Made by a program: the position numbers and the translations under genes. Source: a virus. Taken from it: 64,000 nucleotides of DNA. This document shows, piece by piece, positions 8,619 to 17,751 of the stretch. Numbering within the stretch: the stretch's first letter is position 1; each line of letters starts with the position of its first letter. Location of the stretch: positions 6,792-70,791 of IMG/VR virus record IMGVR_UViG_2775507252_000002; one strand, written 5' to 3'. A model generated the notes under the pieces. The model did no database searches. It saw only the letters and a list, made by a program, of their open reading frames with translations, and had not been told where the DNA came from.

Positions 8619-10022
8619 TTGAACACGCTGCACGTCGAGTACCGCCAGGTCGAGGCGCTGATCCCCTACGCGCGCAACCCGCGCACGCATAGCGATGCGC
8701 AGATCGCCAAGATCGCCGCTTCCATCGCGGAGTTCGGCTTCACCAACCCGATCCTGGTCGATGGCGCAAACGGCATCATCGCCGGGCATGGGCGCTTGGC
8801 CGCGGCGCGCCGGCTCGGGCTCGAGCAGGTGCCGGTGATCGAACTCGCGCACCTCACGCCGGCGCAAAAGCGCGCCCTCGTTCTGGCGGACAACCGCCTG
8901 GCGCTCGATGCGGGCTGGGATGAGGAACTGCTCGCGCTGGAACTCGCCGAGTTGTCGGAGGCCGGCTACGACCTGGCGCTCACCGGGTTCGAGGGGACCG
9001 AGATCGAGGCGCTGCTCGCCGATGCGACGGTCGATGACCAATCCGAGCCCGAAGCCGAGTCGCCGGACGCTGCAGACGACGTACCCGAGGCCCCGATCGT
9101 GCCGGTCTCCCGCACCGGCGACCTCTGGGTGCTCGGCCAGCACCGCCTCATCTGCGGCGATGCCACCGACCAGGACGTCATCGCCCCGCTGATGCAGGGC
9201 GAGACCGCTGCGTTGTGCTTCACCTCGCCGCCTTACGGCAACCAGCGCGACTACACCACCGGTGGCATTGCCGATTGGGACGGCCTGATGCGCGGCGTCT
9301 TCGCCCATCTGCCGATGGCCGAGACCGGCCAGGTGCTGGTCAACCTGGGCCTGATCCACCGCGACAACGAAATCGTCCCGTACTGGGACGGCTGGCTTGC
9401 CTGGATGCGCAGCCAAGGCTGGCGGCGCTTTGCCTGGTGCGTGTGGGATCGGGGGCCGGGGATGCCCGGCGACTGGGCGGGCCGGCTGGCGCCTGCCTTC
9501 GAGTTCGTCTTCCACTTCAACCGCACCAGCCGCAAGCCGAACAAGATCGTGCCGTGCAAGTTCGCCGGGCAAGAGACGCACCTGCGTGCCGATGGGTCAT
9601 CGACCGCGATGCGCGGCAAGGACGGCGAAGTGGGCGGCTGGACCCATGCCGGCCAGCCCACGCAGGACACCCGCATCCCCGACTCGGTGATTCGCGTGAT
9701 GCGCCACAAGGGGAGAATCGGTCAGGGGATCGACCACCCGGCCGTGTTCCCGGTGGCGCTGCCGCAGTTCGTGATCGAGGCGTACACGGATCCCGGCGAC
9801 GTCGTGTTCGAGCCCTTTGGCGGCAGCGGCACGACGATGCTGGCGGCCGAGCGCACCGGCCGCGTTTGCCGCAGCGTGGAGATCGCGCCGGAGTACGTGG
9901 ACGTGGCCATCGAGCGCTTCCGGCAGAACCACCCTGGCGTGCCGGTGACGCTGCTGGCCTCAGGCCAATCGTTCGAGGAGGTGGCGGCCGAGCGGCGGGC
10001 GATGGAGGCAGTCCCAGCGTGA
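8619..10022 (+). CDS. ParB-like N-terminus + N6/N4 DNA methyltransferase
   Basis: YARNPRTHS / IIAGHGR ParB-like domain, TSPPY, FEPFGGSGTT. Confidence 0.92.
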   Translation: MNTLHVEYRQVEALIPYARNPRTHSDAQIAKIAASIAEFGFTNPILVDGANGIIAGHGRLAAARRLGLEQVPVIELAHLTPAQKRALVLADNRLALDAGWDEELLALELAELSEAGYDLALTGFEGTEIEALLADATVDDQSEPEAESPDAADDVPEAPIVPVSRTGDLWVLGQHRLICGDATDQDVIAPLMQGETAALCFTSPPYGNQRDYTTGGIADWDGLMRGVFAHLPMAETGQVLVNLGLIHRDNEIVPYWDGWLAWMRSQGWRRFAWCVWDRGPGMPGDWAGRLAPAFEFVFHFNRTSRKPNKIVPCKFAGQETHLRADGSSTAMRGKDGEVGGWTHAGQPTQDTRIPDSVIRVMRHKGRIGQGIDHPAVFPVALPQFVIEAYTDPGDVVFEPFGGSGTTMLAAERTGRVCRSVEIAPEYVDVAIERFRQNHPGVPVTLLASGQSFEEVAAERRAMEAVPA

Positions 10023-11281
10023 GCGCGTCGTGGCTGGCCGAGCGGATCGAGCAGTGGCCGATCGCCAAGTTGCTGCCCTACGCCCGCAACGCGCGCACCC
10101 ACTCCGAAGAGCAGGTGGCGCAGATCGCCGCTTCCATCGCCGAGTTCGGCTTCACCAATCCGATCCTGGTAGGCAGCGACGGGGTGATCGTCGCTGGCCA
10201 CGGGCGGCTGGACGCCGCCCGCAAGCTCGGTCTGGAGCGGGTGCCGGTGGTCGTGCTCGACCATCTCACGCCCACCCAGCGCCGGGCGCTCGTGATCGCC
10301 GACAACCGCATCGCCGAGAACGCCGGCTGGGACGAGCAACTGCTGCGCATCGAGTTGCAAGACCTGCAGGCCGAGGGCTTCGATCTGGACCTGACCGGCT
10401 TCGACGCCGATGCGCTGGCCGAACTGCTCGCGGGCGACGAGCCGGAGCTCGAAGGCCAGACCGATGAGGACGCGGCGCCCGAGGTAACGGACACCCCGGT
10501 GTCTCGCCCTGGCGACGTCTGGGTCTGTGGGCATCATCGGGTGCTCTGCGGTGATGCCACCGAGACGCAAGCCTATATCACGGTGCTGGGCGACGAGATC
10601 TCGGACATGGTGTTCACCGATCCGCCATACAACGTCAACTACGCGAACTCAGCGAAAGACAAGCTGCGCGGCAAGGACCGCGCCATCCTCAACGACAACC
10701 TGGGTGACGGCTTCCACGACTTCCTGCTGGCGGCCTTGAGGCCCACCATCGCTCACTGCCGCGGCGCGATCTATGTGGCCATGTCCTCCAGCGAGCTGGA
10801 CGTGCTGCAATCGGCCTTTCGCGCCGCCGGCGGCCACTGGTCCACCTTCATCATCTGGGCCAAGCACACCTTCACGCTGGGCCGCTCCGACTACCAGCGC
10901 CAGTACGAGCCGATCCTCTACGGCTGGCCGGAAGGGGCGAGTCGCCACTGGTGCGGCGACCGCGACCAGGGCGATGTGTGGCAGATCAAGAAGCCGCAGA
11001 AGAACGACTTGCACCCAACGATGAAGCCGGTGGAACTCGTCGAGCGGGCGATCCGAAACTCGAGCCGCCCTGGTGATGTCGTACTGGACCCCTTCGGTGG
11101 CTCGGGCACGACGCTGATCGCCGCGGAAAAGTCCGGCCGCATCGCCAGGCTGATCGAGCTCGATCCGAAGTACGTGGACGTGATCGTGCGCCGCTGGCAG
11201 GACTTCACCGGCCAGCAAGCCACCCGCGAGGCGGATGGCGTGGCGTTCGATCAGGCGGCGTCCTGCTCGATGATCCTGTAG
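10019..11281 (+). CDS. ParB-like N-terminus + N6-adenine DNA methyltransferase
   Basis: GTG start overlapping upstream stop; TDPPY, HPTMKP, LDPFGGSGTT. Confidence 0.92.
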   Translation: MSASWLAERIEQWPIAKLLPYARNARTHSEEQVAQIAASIAEFGFTNPILVGSDGVIVAGHGRLDAARKLGLERVPVVVLDHLTPTQRRALVIADNRIAENAGWDEQLLRIELQDLQAEGFDLDLTGFDADALAELLAGDEPELEGQTDEDAAPEVTDTPVSRPGDVWVCGHHRVLCGDATETQAYITVLGDEISDMVFTDPPYNVNYANSAKDKLRGKDRAILNDNLGDGFHDFLLAALRPTIAHCRGAIYVAMSSSELDVLQSAFRAAGGHWSTFIIWAKHTFTLGRSDYQRQYEPILYGWPEGASRHWCGDRDQGDVWQIKKPQKNDLHPTMKPVELVERAIRNSSRPGDVVLDPFGGSGTTLIAAEKSGRIARLIELDPKYVDVIVRRWQDFTGQQATREADGVAFDQAASCSMIL

Positions 11282-11844
11282 ACGCGCTCGCCGCCCTGGG
11301 GCTTGTCCGACGCGATGCTCAGGCCCAGTTTCTTCTTGAGCGCTCCGGCCAGGGCGCCGCGCACGGTGTGCGCCTGCCAGCCGGTGACGTCCATGATCTG
11401 ACGAATCGTGGCGCCCCCAGGACGTCGCAGCATCGCGATCACCTGCGCCTGCTTGCTGTCGGCGCGGGTGCGGCGCGGCGCATCGTCCTTCGCCTGCGTC
11501 CACGTGGCTTCGGCAGCGGTCACGGCCGCCTCCAGCTCGGGATCGCTCGCAGCGGTTGCCTGCTCCGCGTTGGCGATGATCCGATCGAGCTGGGCTTCGA
11601 ACGAGCCCACGCGCGATGTCTTCGCGCCCGGGCGTGGCAGCCCCAGGACGGCGTAGCCCTCGGCGGCGACGAACCAGTCGGTCCCCGCGGGGGCGATCAG
11701 GGCACGGTTGGCGAGGCCGTCCAGCACCTTCTGGCGGGCGCCGCCCTTGATGTGCTCGGGGAACCAGTCGATCTTGCCGCCGCTGTGCTCGATGGCGTAG
11801 GCCAGGATGGCGTGCTGGGTCGGGGTCAGGGCGATGGTGGTCAT
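11251..11844 (-). CDS. DUF3489-like protein
   Basis: SKQAQVIAML...TGWQAHTVRG...LKKKLGL motif; paralog at 61696..62229. Confidence 0.8.
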   Translation of the reverse strand: MTTIALTPTQHAILAYAIEHSGGKIDWFPEHIKGGARQKVLDGLANRALIAPAGTDWFVAAEGYAVLGLPRPGAKTSRVGSFEAQLDRIIANAEQATAASDPELEAAVTAAEATWTQAKDDAPRRTRADSKQAQVIAMLRRPGGATIRQIMDVTGWQAHTVRGALAGALKKKLGLSIASDKPQGGERVYRIIEQDAA

Positions 11845-11881
11845 GGGCTTGCTCCTTCGCAGGGGTGGATCGGGTGACGGG

Positions 11882-11928
11882 ATGAACGCGCTGTTCGGGG
11901 CCCAAGCCAAGCGTTTCGTGCTTGGCTT
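11882..11928 (-). promoter_or_regulatory. Cassette promoter motif copy 1 with overlapping 9-bp hairpin
   Basis: CTTGGCTT-N8-AACAGCGCGTTCAT on the minus strand. Confidence 0.7.
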
Positions 11929-11941
11929 CGCCGCCTTCCGG

Positions 11942-12148
11942 TCAGTCCTGGGCGACGTCCGGTCCCGAGGCTTTGTGGCGAGACGTCCCGGCTTCGACTC
12001 CTGCCTGGAAGGCCGCTTCCAGTGCGTCCTTGAGGCACCACACCGCCAGGTCGTGGAAATCCAGGCTGTCCGAGTGGCGGGTTTGCAAGGTCTCGATGCC
12101 GAGATGCTGCTGGGCGATCTGGGTCAGGAGGGTGTCGATGGGGTGCAT
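11942..12148 (-). CDS. Small phage protein, DUF6900-like
   Basis: GAGGA RBS; IETLQTRHSDSLDFHDLAVW motif. Confidence 0.75.
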   Translation of the reverse strand: MHPIDTLLTQIAQQHLGIETLQTRHSDSLDFHDLAVWCLKDALEAAFQAGVEAGTSRHKASGPDVAQD

Positions 12149-12182
12149 GGCGGGTTCCTCTCGGTGTGGTTGGCGTGACGTG

Positions 12183-12232
12183 ATGAACGCGCTGTTCGGC
12201 AGTGAAGCCAAGCGCTTTCTGCTTGGCTTCAC
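12183..12232 (-). promoter_or_regulatory. Cassette promoter motif copy 2 with 12-bp hairpin
   Basis: Same consensus; stem GTGAAGCCAAGC / GCTTGGCTTCAC. Confidence 0.7.
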
Positions 12233-12240
12233 GCGATGAG

Positions 12241-12507
12241 TCAGGCCTTGCGCAGCACCGCGATGCCGGCTTGCGCGAGTTCCAAGGCCGCGGCATGGAA
12301 CGCCATCTCGCCGATCCAGGGGGCGGCGCGGGCGTCGTCGAGCAACTGGTCGATGACCGGCCTGGCCTTGGCGCGCATCGCCGCGCAGGCGGCCTCCAGG
12401 TCGTCGCGGCTGGCGGCCGCCACCTCGGTGCGGCAGCTGCGCACCAGGATGGTCAGCGCCGCTTCGGCCAGCTTCGTGGCCAGGGTATCGAGAGTGTTGG
12501 CGTTCAT
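12241..12507 (-). CDS. Small hypothetical protein (88 aa)
   Basis: AAAGGA RBS, ATG ~35 nt below motif copy 3. Confidence 0.7.
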   Translation of the reverse strand: MNANTLDTLATKLAEAALTILVRSCRTEVAAASRDDLEAACAAMRAKARPVIDQLLDDARAAPWIGEMAFHAAALELAQAGIAVLRKA

Positions 12508-12541
12508 CGGGGATCCTTTCGATGGTGGTTGGCGTGCCGTG

Positions 12542-12572
12542 ATGAACGCGCTGTTCCCGAGGAAAGCCAAGC
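12542..12572 (-). promoter_or_regulatory. Cassette promoter motif copy 3 (no hairpin)
   Basis: Same consensus. Confidence 0.7.
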
Positions 12573-12615
12573 TCGATGTGCAGGAATGACGAACAAATGA
12601 TTGAAGAAGGTGACG

Positions 12616-13161
12616 ATGGGTCTTTCCATTCGCGCCTACGCGCGCCACCGGGGCGTGTCGCACGTGGCCGTGAAAAAGGCCATCGACACCGGGCGCATCA
12701 CGACGCTTGCCGACGGCACGATCGATGCCGAGACGGCCGACGCGCAGTGGGCGCGCAACACCGTGCAGCCTCGGCGAACGCCTGAGCCGCAGAAGTTCGA
12801 TACCAAGAAGCCGCAGGCCCGTCCCGAACGCGAGATCCCCGACCCGGTCCCCCCGCCGTTGCCCACCGGCGGCACGTCGCTGCTGCAGGCGCGCACGGTC
12901 AACGAGGTGCTCAAGGCCCAGCTCCACAAGGTCGAGCTGGCGCAGCGCAAGGGCGAGCTCGTCGACCGCGCGCAGGCGGTGGCGCATGTGTTCAAGCTCG
13001 CGCGCACCGAGCGCGACGCGTGGCTGAACTGGCCGGCGCGCATCTCGGCGCAGATGGCCGCACGGCTTGGCGTCGAGCCCCACGCGCTGCACGTGGCGCT
13101 GGATGCGGCCGTGCGCGAGCACTTACAGGAATTGGGCGAACTGCGGCCACGCGTGGACTGA
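12616..13161 (+). CDS. Terminase small subunit (Nu1-like, N-terminal HTH)
   Basis: LSIRAYARHRGVS HTH, directly upstream of the large terminase. Confidence 0.75.
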   Translation: MGLSIRAYARHRGVSHVAVKKAIDTGRITTLADGTIDAETADAQWARNTVQPRRTPEPQKFDTKKPQARPEREIPDPVPPPLPTGGTSLLQARTVNEVLKAQLHKVELAQRKGELVDRAQAVAHVFKLARTERDAWLNWPARISAQMAARLGVEPHALHVALDAAVREHLQELGELRPRVD

Positions 13162-13163
13162 CG

Positions 13164-15113
13164 ATGATCGAGTACGACGGCGCCGACGCGATCGAGCGCG
13201 CCTGGCGCGAAGGGCTCACGCCCGATCCGCTGCTCACCGTCTCCGAGTGGGCCGACCGCCACCGGGTGCTCTCGAGCAAGGCCTCGAGCGAGCCGGGGCG
13301 CTGGCGCACGAGCCGCACGCCTTACTTGCGCGAGATCATGGATTGCCTGTCGCCCACTTCGCCCATCGAGCGGGTGGTGTTCATGAAGGCCGCCCAACTC
13401 GGCGCCACGGAGATGGGTTCGAACTGGATCGGCTACGTGATCCACCACGCACCCGGGCCGATGATGGCGGTATGGCCCACGGTGGAGATGGCCAAGCGCG
13501 CCTCCAAGCAGCGCATCGACCCGCTGATCGAGGAGTCGCCGGTGCTCTCCGAACTCATCGCACCGGCACGCAGCCGGGATTCGGGCAACACGATCCTGGC
13601 CAAGGAGTTTCGCGGCGGCGTGCTGGTGATGACCGGGGCCAACAGCGCGGTGGGCCTGCGCTCGATGCCGGTGCGGTATCTGTTCCTCGACGAGGTGGAC
13701 GGCTATCCGCTCGATGTCGAGGGTGAAGGCGATGCGATCTCGCTCGCCGAGGCGCGCACCCGCACCTTTGCCCGACGCAAGATCTTCATCGTCTCGACGC
13801 CCACCATCGCGGGGTCCTCGGCCATCGAACGCGAGTACGAGGCCAGCGACCAGCGCCGCTACTTCGTGCCCTGTCCGCACTGCGGCCACCGGCAATGGCT
13901 GCGTTTCGATCGGCTGCGCTGGGAGAAGGGCCGTCCGGAGACGGCGGCCTACGTCTGCGAATCCTGCGAGGCGCCCATTGCCGAGCACCACAAGACCTGG
14001 ATGCTCGAGCACGGCCAGTGGCGCGCGACGGCGCAGGGCAAGACGGCGGGCTTTCACCTGTCGTCCCTGTACAGCCCGCTGGGCTGGCGCGCCTGGCGCG
14101 ACATCGCCGCGGCCTGGGAGGCGGCGGTCAGCAAGGAAACCGGGTCGGCTGCGGCGATCAAGACCTTCAAGAACACCGAGTTGGGTGAGACCTGGGTCGA
14201 GGAAGGCGAAGCCCCCGACTGGCAGCGCCTGCTGGAACGGCGCGAGGATTACCGCATCGGCACGGTGCCCGCAGGCGGCCTGCTGCTGGTCGGCGGCGCC
14301 GACGTGCAGAAGGATCGCATCGAGGCCTCGATCTGGGCCTTCGGGCGCGGCAAGGAATGCTGGCTCGTCGAGCACCGGGTGCTGATGGGCGATACGGCCC
14401 GCGATGCGGTGTGGCAGCGCCTGGCCGAGCTGGTCGCCGAGACCTGGACCCACGCCTCGGGCGCGGCGATGCCGCTGGCCCGCTTCGCGCTGGATACCGG
14501 CTTTGCGACCCAGGAGGCCTACGCCTTCGTGCGCGCCTGCCGCGATCCGCGTGTGATGGCGGTCAAAGGCGTGTCGCGCGGAGCAGCCTTGATCGGCACG
14601 CCAACCGCGGTGGACGTCTCGCAGGCGGGCAAGAAGCTGCGCCGGGGCATCAAGGTCTACAGCGTGGCGGTGGGCATCGCCAAGCTGGAGCTCTACAACA
14701 ACCTGAGAAAAAGCGCCGACGTGGCCGAAGACGGCGCAACCCCGGTCTACCCGGCCGGGTATGTGCACCTGCCCAAGATCGACGCCGAGTTCATCCAGCA
14801 GCTCTGCGCCGAGCAACTCGTCACCCGGAGAGACCGCAACGGCTACCCGGTGCGCGAGTGGCAGAAGATGCGCGAGCGCAACGAGGCGCTCGACTGCTAC
14901 GTCTACGCCCGCGCAGCAGCAGCGGCGGCGGGACTGGATCGCTTCGAGGAGCGCCACTGGCGCGAGTTGGAGCGGCAACTGGGGCTGGACAGTCTGCCAG
15001 CCCTTGAAACAACCACCGAATCCATCAACGAGGCTACCCATCGGGGTGGCATCAAAGTTTCTGCAACCCGAAACACCGGCCGGCGTGTGATCCGCAGCCC
15101 CTGGCTGCGCTGA
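13164..15113 (+). CDS. Terminase large subunit, lambda GpA family
   Basis: KAAQLGATE, LFLDEVD, STPT, CPHC, GADVQKDR, NEALDC motifs. Confidence 0.95.
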   Translation: MIEYDGADAIERAWREGLTPDPLLTVSEWADRHRVLSSKASSEPGRWRTSRTPYLREIMDCLSPTSPIERVVFMKAAQLGATEMGSNWIGYVIHHAPGPMMAVWPTVEMAKRASKQRIDPLIEESPVLSELIAPARSRDSGNTILAKEFRGGVLVMTGANSAVGLRSMPVRYLFLDEVDGYPLDVEGEGDAISLAEARTRTFARRKIFIVSTPTIAGSSAIEREYEASDQRRYFVPCPHCGHRQWLRFDRLRWEKGRPETAAYVCESCEAPIAEHHKTWMLEHGQWRATAQGKTAGFHLSSLYSPLGWRAWRDIAAAWEAAVSKETGSAAAIKTFKNTELGETWVEEGEAPDWQRLLERREDYRIGTVPAGGLLLVGGADVQKDRIEASIWAFGRGKECWLVEHRVLMGDTARDAVWQRLAELVAETWTHASGAAMPLARFALDTGFATQEAYAFVRACRDPRVMAVKGVSRGAALIGTPTAVDVSQAGKKLRRGIKVYSVAVGIAKLELYNNLRKSADVAEDGATPVYPAGYVHLPKIDAEFIQQLCAEQLVTRRDRNGYPVREWQKMRERNEALDCYVYARAAAAAAGLDRFEERHWRELERQLGLDSLPALETTTESINEATHRGGIKVSATRNTGRRVIRSPWLR

Positions 15114-15149
15114 TCCCTCCTGGCCGATCTGACGCCGCAAGGAGAACCC

Positions 15150-15641
15150 ATGAGTCTGGCCACCCGCCTCGAAAGCCTGGTCATCCGCGTCGCGCAGGAG
15201 TTCAACGACGTCCGCGCCAAGGCCGGCAACCTCGCCAACCTCACCACCACCGACAAGTCCAGCCTGGTGGCGGCCATCAACGAACTGAAGGCCGCGGTGC
15301 TGGCATCGGGCGCGATCGACGACAGCCAGGTCGCCACCACCAGCACCTACTCGTCGAGCAAGATCGTCACGCTGCTCGATGCGCTCAAAGCCGAGATCCT
15401 GGGCGGGGCCGATGCCGCCTATGACACCCTGCTGGAGATCCAGCAGCTGCTGCAAAACGGCACCAGCGGTCTGGATGCCTTGCTGGCGGCCGTCAACAAC
15501 CGCGTGCGCTTCGATGCGGCGCAGACGCTCACCTCGGCCGAAGCCGCGCAGGCGCGCAGCAACATCGGCGCGGTGGCCGCCAGCGATGTGGGCGACACCG
15601 ACGCCGACTTCGTTGCCGTGTTCGAAGGGGCGCTGCTCTGA
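15150..15641 (+). CDS. Probable virion fibre-like protein
   Basis: TTDKSSLVAAINEL and AAYDTLLEI motifs seen in phage fibre proteins. Confidence 0.55.
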   Translation: MSLATRLESLVIRVAQEFNDVRAKAGNLANLTTTDKSSLVAAINELKAAVLASGAIDDSQVATTSTYSSSKIVTLLDALKAEILGGADAAYDTLLEIQQLLQNGTSGLDALLAAVNNRVRFDAAQTLTSAEAAQARSNIGAVAASDVGDTDADFVAVFEGALL

Positions 15642-16033
15642 TGAGCCTGGCCGCGCGCATCGCCGCCTTGGCCAGCCGCATCGGGATCGAGGTTCGTACC
15701 AAGATCGATGCCGGCCATCCGGGGCTGGCGCGGGCCTGGGTGTGTTTCGGTTGGGTCGGCAACCAGATCGTCGTGCGGGCCGCGCACAACGTCGCCGCGG
15801 TGACCCGCATCGCAGCCGGCCGCTACCGCGTGAGCTTCGCCACACCGATGCCGGATGCGAACTACTGCTGGGTGGGTGTGGCCCGCAGCAACACCAACAC
15901 GGGCACGCAGCGGCTGCTGATCGTGCGCTCGACCTTGGATGAGAAGACGCCGACGCACGTCGATGTGGGCTGCGCGACCACCGCGGCGTCCTTCGCCGAC
16001 TCCCCCGAAATCAACCTCGTGGTCTACCGCTGA
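15641..16033 (+). CDS. Probable fibre-tip / beta-sandwich virion protein
   Basis: ARAWVCF...NVAAVTR...GRYRVSF...PDANY pattern. Confidence 0.55.
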   Translation: MSLAARIAALASRIGIEVRTKIDAGHPGLARAWVCFGWVGNQIVVRAAHNVAAVTRIAAGRYRVSFATPMPDANYCWVGVARSNTNTGTQRLLIVRSTLDEKTPTHVDVGCATTAASFADSPEINLVVYR

Positions 16034-16254
16034 TGTCCTATACCCAAGCCCACCTCGAAGCCTTGGAAGCGGCGCTGGCCAAAGGCGAAAAACGCGTGAG
16101 CTTCGGCGACAAGACCGTCGAGTACCGCAGTGTCGAGGAACTGCAGGCTGCGATCGCGGCGGTCAAGCGCGACCTGTTCGAGCAGGCGGCTGCCACGGGG
16201 CTGTGGCCCGGCGCGCCGCGGCAGATCCGCATCACCACGAGCAAGGGGTTCTGA
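16033..16254 (+). CDS. gpW-like head completion protein
   Basis: 73 aa, VSFGDKTVEYRSVEEL, immediately before portal. Confidence 0.8.
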   Translation: MSYTQAHLEALEAALAKGEKRVSFGDKTVEYRSVEELQAAIAAVKRDLFEQAAATGLWPGAPRQIRITTSKGF

Positions 16255-17741
16255 TGGCCTGGTACGCGAAGATCCGCAGTCTGTTTGGTGGGGCGCCGGT
16301 GCACGAGGCTGCCGGCCGTGGCCGTCGCTCCTTGGCGTGGATGCCCGGTAACCCCGGCGCGGTGGCGGCGATGCTGGCCACGAGCGCCGAACTGCGCACC
16401 AAGAGCCGCGACCTGGTGCGGCGCAACGCCTGGGCCAATGCCGGTATCGAGGCGTTCGTCGCCAACGCGGTGGGCACTGGCATCAAACCGCAGTCGATGG
16501 CCGAGGATGAAGCCTTCCGCGCCGACGTGCAGGCGCTGTGGCGCGACTGGACGGAGGTGGCCGACACCACCGGGCAGACCGACTTCTACGGCCTGCAGGC
16601 GCTCGCCTGCCGGGCCATGCTCGAGGGGGGCGAGTGCCTGATCCGGCTGCGCTGGCGGCGTCCGGAGGACGGCCTGATCGTGCCGCTGCAATTGCAGCTT
16701 CTCGAAGCCGAGCATCTGCCGCTGCATCTCAACACGGAACTGCCCTCGGGCAACGTCGTGCGCGCCGGCATCGAGTTCGACAGCCTGGGGCGGCGCGTGG
16801 CCTACCACCTGTATCGCTCCCACCCCGAAGATGGGCGGCTTGCGCCCATGTCGGGCCAGGGCGGGCAGGAGACGGTGCGAGTTCCGGCATCCGAGATCAT
16901 GCACCTCTACCGGGTGCTGCGCCCTGGCCAGATCCGCGGCGAGCCCTGGCTCGCGCGCGCGCTGGTCAAGCTCAACGAGCTGGACCAGTACGACGACGCC
17001 GAGCTCGTGCGCAAGAAAACCGCGGCGATGTTCGCCGGCTTCATCACACGGCTTGCCCCCGAGGACAACCTGATGGGCGAAGGCGTGGCCAACGATGCCG
17101 GCATCGCGCTGGCGGGGATGGAGCCTGGAACCTTGCAGATTCTGGAGCCGGGCGAGGACGTGAAGTTCTCCGATCCGGCCGATGTGGGCGGCAGCTACGG
17201 CGAGTTCCTGCGCGCGCAGTTTCGCGCGGTCGCCGCGGCCATCGGCGTGACCTACGAGCAATTGACCGGAGACCTCTCCGGCGTGAACTACTCCTCCATC
17301 CGCGCGGGGCTCTTGGAATTCCGCCGCCGCACCGAGGCGATCCAGCACGGCGTGCTGGTGCACCAGCTGTGCCGCCCGGTGTGGAACGCCTGGCTCGATC
17401 AGGCCGTGCTGGCCGGCGGCCTCACGGCGCCCGGCTATGCCCGCCGCCGGCGGGAGTATCTGGCCTGCAAATGGATTCCCCAGGGCTGGCAGTGGGTCGA
17501 CCCCGAAAAAGAGTTCAAGGCGATGCTGCTGGCGATCCGCGCGGGCCTCATGAGCCGCTCGGAAGCGATCTCGGCCTTTGGCTACGACGCCGAGGATGTG
17601 GACCGCGAGATCGCCGCCGACAACCAGCGTGCCGATGACCTCGGCCTGATCTTCGACTCCGATCCGCGCCGCACGACCAAGGGCGGCGGCAGCGCCGAGC
17701 CCAACGCACAGGCCGCCGATAGCCCTGCGCCGGCCGCCTGA
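16254..17741 (+). CDS. Portal protein, lambda family
   Basis: SRDLVRRN, RPGQIRGEP, NYSSIRAG, WVDPEKE motifs. Confidence 0.95.
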   Translation: MAWYAKIRSLFGGAPVHEAAGRGRRSLAWMPGNPGAVAAMLATSAELRTKSRDLVRRNAWANAGIEAFVANAVGTGIKPQSMAEDEAFRADVQALWRDWTEVADTTGQTDFYGLQALACRAMLEGGECLIRLRWRRPEDGLIVPLQLQLLEAEHLPLHLNTELPSGNVVRAGIEFDSLGRRVAYHLYRSHPEDGRLAPMSGQGGQETVRVPASEIMHLYRVLRPGQIRGEPWLARALVKLNELDQYDDAELVRKKTAAMFAGFITRLAPEDNLMGEGVANDAGIALAGMEPGTLQILEPGEDVKFSDPADVGGSYGEFLRAQFRAVAAAIGVTYEQLTGDLSGVNYSSIRAGLLEFRRRTEAIQHGVLVHQLCRPVWNAWLDQAVLAGGLTAPGYARRRREYLACKWIPQGWQWVDPEKEFKAMLLAIRAGLMSRSEAISAFGYDAEDVDREIAADNQRADDLGLIFDSDPRRTTKGGGSAEPNAQAADSPAPAA

Positions 17742-17751
17742 AGGAACCCGC

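Noticed and set aside
9215..10018. Long N-terminal extensions in the ORF track (also 22529, 30813, 54979, 43265)
   Set aside because: They overlap real upstream genes; paralog comparison and RBS positions support the later starts
11882..12572. CRISPR array or integron attC array
   Set aside because: Spacers are whole genes of 200-600 bp, there is no cas operon or tyrosine integrase, and no RYYYAAC/GTTRRRY boxes
13641..13650. AACAGCGCG matches inside coding regions (also ~6442 and ~60626)
   Set aside because: They lack the CTTGGCTT half at the 8-nt spacing
12636..15845. Very long antisense ORFs (also 5110..7212, 16038..17963, 23264..26005, 43126..44508)
   Set aside because: Shadow frames of real genes in GC-rich DNA; no motifs or RBS
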